DNA of 64,000 nucleotides from Raillietiella orientalis (Eukaryota): NCBI GenBank assembly GCA_036172245.1, contig JAYWIR010000021.1, positions 1,488,001 to 1,552,000 of the forward strand, read 5' to 3'. Shown piece by piece: positions 58,953 to 64,000 of this stretch (position 1 is its first letter; each line of letters starts with the position of its first letter). The notes under the pieces were generated by a model. It saw only the letters and a program-made list of their open reading frames with translations, ran no database searches and was not told where the DNA came from. The position numbers and the translations under genes were made by a program.

Positions 58953-59960
58953 TCAAATTATTATTGGATCTTGGGGTTTATCGCAAACGTTCACACCCTC
59001 CGGTGGAAGTCTCAGCCAGTTTTCCCGAACCACGTGTGGACCGGCGACCGTTCTGTAATGTTGGAAGAATCTCTCCTCGATGTCCCGACATGTTCCCTCG
59101 TCAAAACTTCTGTACAGCTCCCTTTCCTTCTTGATACTATCAAGGAACTCTACTTTTGCCTTGGCCAATTGAGCAGCAGCAACTGATTTTTCTTGCGGTG
59201 TACAGGAGGAAACTATGGCACGGATTTGCTGTCGGAGCAAAAGATCCAACTGATGCAAAGTGCCTTGGGGGGTGGGAGTTTTCACGCCGGGTCGTTGCAG
59301 AAAGACGGGAGAACGCAGAGCAGCTTCTATCAAAGTGGACACTAGTTTCCTTTTTTCCTCAAGAGTCATAGAACGAGAAAGGAACGCAGTTTGTTTTTCC
59401 CAAGGATAACGCTCTGGAGAGGGGGTTTCCATCTTCTCCCACATGCTGCGGATAACAGAGCCGGGCACGCTGTTCTCAAGGAATCTGCACTCATTCCCAG
59501 CAAGTGCTTCCTCCAGGCTACAATTCAAAAATACTTGAGCGAAACCCAAACAGTGGGAGCACGCAATTTGGTAGCATTGATAACGCATGCTCCTGTAATG
59601 CATATTATCATCCAGGAGGAGTACCAAACTGTTGCCTGCCTTCTGCACTTTTGCACGTATGCGCTCTTGAACCTCCTTTTCCAAATTGGGGCGCAATTGG
59701 ATTTGTGTTCCGCTCTGGAACATGTTTATAATGTCTTCCAGGAAATTCAGAATTTCCCTGCGGAGCAAGCCCCATTCTTGCTTCCCTGGATGCTGTGCCA
59801 TTTCAGCTTGTTTCATTACAGGCACCAAAGCGTCGTAGCTGATGGTAACCGCTGTTGGGGAATCTCCGCCAGTGAGGACACGATTTTCCACAACGTGGCA
59901 CAAGGTAGTTTTGCCACTACCAGGTACACCGCACAGAACAACGATGCATCCCTTCTTCAT
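58953..59960 (-). CDS. PSTK: L-seryl-tRNA(Sec) kinase, single coding exon, ~335 aa
   Basis: N-terminal P-loop VVLCGVPGSGKTT, ISYDALV, and the PSTK/KTI12-family LLLDDNMHYRSMRYQCYQIACSHCLGFAQVFLNCSLEEALAGN, MWEKMETP..WEK and LHQLDLLLRQ. The first ATG is at 59960; the ORF track starts two codons earlier at a GTG. Confidence 0.9.
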   Translation of the reverse strand: MKKGCIVVLCGVPGSGKTTLCHVVENRVLTGGDSPTAVTISYDALVPVMKQAEMAQHPGKQEWGLLRREILNFLEDIINMFQSGTQIQLRPNLEKEVQERIRAKVQKAGNSLVLLLDDNMHYRSMRYQCYQIACSHCLGFAQVFLNCSLEEALAGNECRFLENSVPGSVIRSMWEKMETPSPERYPWEKQTAFLSRSMTLEEKRKLVSTLIEAALRSPVFLQRPGVKTPTPQGTLHQLDLLLRQQIRAIVSSCTPQEKSVAAAQLAKAKVEFLDSIKKERELYRSFDEGTCRDIEERFFQHYRTVAGPHVVRENWLRLPPEGVNVCDKPQDPIII

Positions 59961-60148
59961 AGTCACTGCACCTCACACCGTGGCCACCGTCCTCCCCACC
60001 TAGCTGTTTTACGTTCGCCAAATGGCAACTTGACCCTCGAAAACTTCACAGGGAACGATCAACTGGAAACGAAAGACATTACAGGCAGAGTTCCCGATTC
60101 TCGCTACAAAGACAGTGATCACCTCCAAACCAGAATGGAATCACAAAA

Positions 60149-60151
<3 letters not shown>

Positions 60152-60186
<35 letters not shown>
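60152..60186. repeat. (AC)n microsatellite upstream of PSTK
   Basis: Seen directly in the sequence. Confidence 0.9.
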
Positions 60187-60188
<2 letters not shown>

Positions 60189-61207
60189 TTCGGTGGAGTA
60201 GGGCCTTCTAAATGTTGTGGCGTAAAAAAGACAACCAGCGACCATCACATCTGCGATTCGATTTCATTCTTCAAATGCCGGGCTGAGACCCGAGCACGCT
60301 AAGAGCTTCTTTTTTTTTTTTTTTTTTTTTCTCTCCCTAAGAAAGAAGGCGCTCCAAATAAAATTTGTGTTTGCATACGTTCGATCGGTATTCGGATTGG
60401 CGAAAACAACGACTGAAGGTTGCTGCGAATGCGGTGGTGCACCCTGGAAGGTGCTACTGATCGCCCCCGCCGAGATGTATCGCAACGTACAAATTCATTC
60501 CATTCCATTACATATACACGGACCATATGAAGTCAAAGGCTTGACGCCGTCCGAAACACGTATGGCTGCAATCGAAGAATGATGAAAGCATTACACCGTG
60601 GGCACAGTAGCAGAGGCAAACTACAAAGTTATCGATCACGATCGCAGAACTCTCTCGCCCTGACTAATGAGCTAATGATTTCAAATAGTTTCGAGGAATT
60701 AGGATCCCGAAAAGCCATAAAGTTCTTTGAGGGCAAGCGCAAACAAAAAGGACAGAATGTGATCGTCGAAATCGGATTCATTCGTTTCCACTGCCGCCGT
60801 CAGCATGAAACAAGAAATAAGAAATCCTTACGGACTTCCGGGGAGGTGTTTTGGCGGTGTTCATCCTTTCCCCTCATCAGCTGCTAACATGATTGATGAT
60901 TTTCCGAGACTGTGAAAGTTTAGCTAAGGATAAGCAAGAGAAAGCAAGAACGCGGTTGTTTGCGCATCGACTTGTGCAGCAAAGACGTGACCGAGTATCG
61001 TGATACTCCACCACTCACGCCTAAGGGAAAGTTTGTGACACGTGCTCCCCGTTGTGACCAAACCTTCTCCGAATAACACTTCTGGACCGTGCTAACCACC
61101 GTCCGCCAACCTTATTTCCCTGCCAACGGTCTCCGGGAATACGTCCGATCACAGAATTACGCAATCTCCGTCCGATTCATTTTCCAAGTGCACGGTCCAT
61201 CCGAATT

Positions 61208-61248
61208 CACACACACACACACGCGCGCGCGCGCGCGCACGTATGTGC
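61208..61248. repeat. 41-bp alternating purine/pyrimidine tract (CA)n(CG)n, Z-DNA-prone
   Basis: cacacacacacacacgcgcgcgcgcgcgcgcacgtatgtgc alternates without a break. Confidence 0.8.
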
Positions 61249-62403
61249 TGTTGCCGGACAGGCAAAGTGTGGACCTATGCACACGTCTGCACCCGTTCTC
61301 AGGAGCGCCTTCGTAAATCGAGAAAACCGGCGCTCCATTCGAAAAATTGGATTTCAAAGTTGCTCGGAACTTTTCCCTACGGTCGCACCATGTGGGTACT
61401 CTATCAAATCGATCTACTCGTCCCCGTTTCTCACAGTTTGCAACCGAATCCTCCCGGCCGGCATGGCAGCAGCAGCAGTCAGCAACACGGACAATCCTCG
61501 TTTCTTCACTTAGAGATAGCGGTCCGAGGCGGACGCGCAGAATTCGAGAACAAGCGGTCAACTGCACACGAAAGACGAGGAAAAAAAGAAAAAAAAAGAG
61601 AGAGAGAGAGAGAAGATAACCCGCATCCTATGTAAAACCCTTAAAGACTGCAGGTAAGGGCGGGATTCCCGTTGCTCATTCCGATATAATGCCAGGAAGA
61701 TGAATGATTCGGAACAGACTTCCTTGGACCTTCAGGAAGGGCCCCGTACGATACAGACAAACGTGCATTGGAGAGGCGAGAGAATCCTTCCGTTTTCGCG
61801 TACCGACGCATGGCGCAGACCCGGACCAAAAAAAAGACAACCTCGGAAGGATTAAAAACTTATGTACACGGAGGTGTTCCCTGCGAGCTGCCGCCGCAGG
61901 GAACAGCAGCCATGGTGATTCAGGACGATCGAAGAGCAGCCTGTTGTTCGTGACGCACCAGAACACTTCAAAACACTGGCACAGCTTTCTACGTGCAATC
62001 GTGATCACAAGGATTCACAGAACTCGTTGCTACTATTCAACGCCTGGCGTGCGACACTTCGGGTGGCGGCTGGACAATCCTTGCATCCTTCAAAGTCCAC
62101 TTTATGGACTGTGCGCGCCCGAACGGTCAAAACTACTATCGGGTTTCGTACGAACCTCCTTTCTCCAAACCCAGTTCCTCAAATTTTTAATTTGTACCTC
62201 AAACTCCAACTTATAAATCGGCACAAGAAAGTATTACTGACAACGCTCCCAGTCGATTTGGCCTCATTTGGGAACGCGCAAACGAACAGTGGAACTTGGA
62301 ACCGTGCAAAATTCTCCGTCAGCCTGCGGCAAATCAAGTCAGAAGATAACGACTGGCTTCCTTGAAGGTCGGGCTTACATCAGGAGGCACTCCAAACATC
62401 ATT

Positions 62404-62409
62404 TTTATT
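62404..62409 (-). terminator. Candidate poly(A) signal for the CMC2-ABITRAM transcript
   Basis: AATAAA on the - strand about 185 nt downstream of the ABITRAM stop. Confidence 0.45.
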
Positions 62410-62592
62410 CACTCGAGTCAGCATCAAATCACTACACCCAGAGTTAATATCTTCCAATAACTCAAATAAAACAGCAATCTTCGGGAGCTGCGACAGAATT
62501 TTGATCCGTCAATCCCCCATCCTATTTCCACTTTGGGACTGTTTCCAGGAGTTTCCCCGAACCGATCCATGATCCCATTTCGAAATCATTTT

Positions 62593-63231
62593 CTATCCGG
62601 AAAAGCCTGCACTTTCCGATGAGCAAACAAGATTCTTTGCCACACAAAGGCCATTCTGCCTTTCGCACTCGCCAGAAGCCTCTACACTGCTGTTGTCTGC
62701 ATTCCAGTACTGTTGCTTTGTCAAAAATGCAGATTTCTGATGCTGACTGCTACCCAGCTTCGGTAACACAGTTGCTATGTAGCCTTCAGTCAAAGGTTTT
62801 TTTTGAATGAGTTCTGGGCAGGTGTGTAGCTGCATGTTGACCTCGATCAGCTTCCCTTGTATGGTACTCCGCACTTTAAAACAACGGCCATCCTTTGTGT
62901 GAACCAGACACAAGATGGAACTGGCATTTATCCACTGGCCTCCAAGTTTTTTTTTCCCCGACACAGAGTTCTGGGAGCGATCCAAACGGTCCGAAATATC
63001 GAAGCTAACACTCAGAACACCACCACATTCTTCACGCATCAATGGGTGTTTGGGCGACAGACAAACAACGCACAATCCATTGGAATGGAAAAGCACGCAC
63101 ATGTCTTCTCCTGAAGGTTCTGAATGAAAGCGCATGTCGAAATACCGTTCGTTTACTGGAATCGGTCTTTCTCCCCAGGTTATGGACTTCTCAATTGAGA
63201 GGACACAAATATTTGGATCTGAAGCACTCAT
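62593..63231 (-). CDS. ABITRAM: Protein Abitram / Simiate (FAM206A, glycine-cleavage-H-like fold), 212 aa, intronless
   Basis: ERYF, GEDMCVLFHSNGLCVVCLSPKHP, DRSQNSVSGKKKLGGQ and IQGKLIEVNMQLHTCPELIQKKPLTEGYIATVLPK match the remembered FAM206A family pattern. The start is placed at Met55 of the tracked ORF because the upstream part of that ORF is CMC2 exon 2, intron 2 and exon 3. Confidence 0.9.
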   Translation of the reverse strand: MSASDPNICVLSIEKSITWGERPIPVNERYFDMRFHSEPSGEDMCVLFHSNGLCVVCLSPKHPLMREECGGVLSVSFDISDRLDRSQNSVSGKKKLGGQWINASSILCLVHTKDGRCFKVRSTIQGKLIEVNMQLHTCPELIQKKPLTEGYIATVLPKLGSSQHQKSAFLTKQQYWNADNSSVEASGECERQNGLCVAKNLVCSSESAGFSG

Positions 63232-63552
63232 TTGGAGGTAGAGTTCTTTGCTGACGGATTCGAGTATTTCAATATTAGAGCATCCAATTCCTAAGATCAC
63301 ATCTGAAAAACCGAGACTGATACTCCCAGAGGTCCTTACTGCTTTCTCCAGGCATGCATGTAATTCTTTGTCCACCTCATTGCAAGAACCCATTATTAAA
63401 CGAAAGGCATTGTGCTACACCAATGGAATTCATTAACTTTTTTTTCTTGATTAATGATATATACTAACTGCTTTTCTGCACTGAAAAACTTTGGCATACT
63501 CCTCCTTGCAGTATTTTTCCGGACCATAGTAGTCGTGCAGGCTTTTAAACAT
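63228..63552 (-). CDS. CMC2: COX assembly mitochondrial protein 2-like (twin CX9C), ~73 aa. Exons: 63469-63552, 63340-63414, 63228-63290
   Basis: Spliced product MFKSLHDYYGPEKYCKEEYAKVFQCRKA|HNAFRLIMGSCNEVDKELHACLEKA|ELDALILKYSNPSAKNSTSK* has two exact CX9C motifs and the CMC2-like HN...G.CN.VD.EL..CL pattern. Phase-0 introns are 54 nt (GTTAGT..TAG) and 49 nt (GTAAGG..TAG). The last acceptor is ambiguous (alternative CAG 12 nt upstream). Confidence 0.8.
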
Positions 63553-64000
63553 ATTAGCTCTATCTTTTAGAATTCAACATGCGCTATCACGATGTTCTGA
63601 AATCGATGCACCATACAAATGAATCTCCGGGTTAAGTTATTTTTCCTACACAAACCAAATGCTATTATAATGCTTAATATTAAACTAGTTTGAAAGTTCG
63701 AAACACATCTTTTTGCTTTCCCATTAAACAAATTCAGCATATTTTGGAGAAATTATGTATCAATAAGATTTTTCGGCATTCATAGCAATGTAGCCACTTA
63801 GTTAAACAACGAATACCCTACTACTCTTCGCTCTGGAAATGAATTTTTTGGGCAAATGGTGTATTTTGCACTTGCACAGCAGCTTCACTTTATCCTATCA
63901 GGAGTTACATTAAAATGATGTCCAGATCTGCAATCTGCACAATTAAAACTGCTGATTGGTTTCTCAAGCAGGTGGAATTGCTTTCTTAATAACAATTTTC

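Noticed and set aside
58728..58955. PSTK TGA stop followed by 74 open codons (possible Sec/readthrough feedback or alternative last exon)
   Set aside because: No SECIS-like stem could be folded by eye, the extension has no PSTK-like sequence, and this length is plausible by chance.
59391..60302. 303-aa + strand ORF antisense to PSTK
   Set aside because: In-register shadow of PSTK that runs through a CA microsatellite, with no recognisable motif.
62593..63393. Tracked 266-aa ORF as a simple ABITRAM with a long N-terminus
   Set aside because: Its first 18 aa are the second CX9C motif of CMC2 exon 2 followed by a GTAAGG donor. It is treated as two genes plus a possible fusion isoform.

Overview
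Eukaryotic (very probably arthropod) genomic DNA. Compact housekeeping genes with mostly tiny introns (36-65 nt) sit in AT-rich, CpG-poor DNA and flank about 40 kb of GC/CpG-rich, gene-poor DNA around a Kekkon-type LRR-Ig receptor. Supported genes: SLC30A9/ZnT9 (-, 5527-8035, 12 exons), divergent NAA15 (+, 10856-17844, 11 exons), an orphan secreted-protein ORF nested antisense in NAA15 intron 8, a kekkon-like gene (+, ~44114-46180), intronless PSTK (-, 58953-59960), ABITRAM/Simiate (-, 62593-63231), and a 3-exon CMC2-like twin-CX9C gene (-, 63228-63552) that the ORF track misses. The best finding is the CMC2-ABITRAM junction. The predicted CMC2 stop overlaps the ABITRAM start as ATGA, and retaining the last CMC2 intron gives an uninterrupted CMC2-ABITRAM fusion frame. 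This suggests a bicistronic, splicing-switchable locus. All exon models and family calls were made by eye from translation and remembered family motifs; no database search was run.
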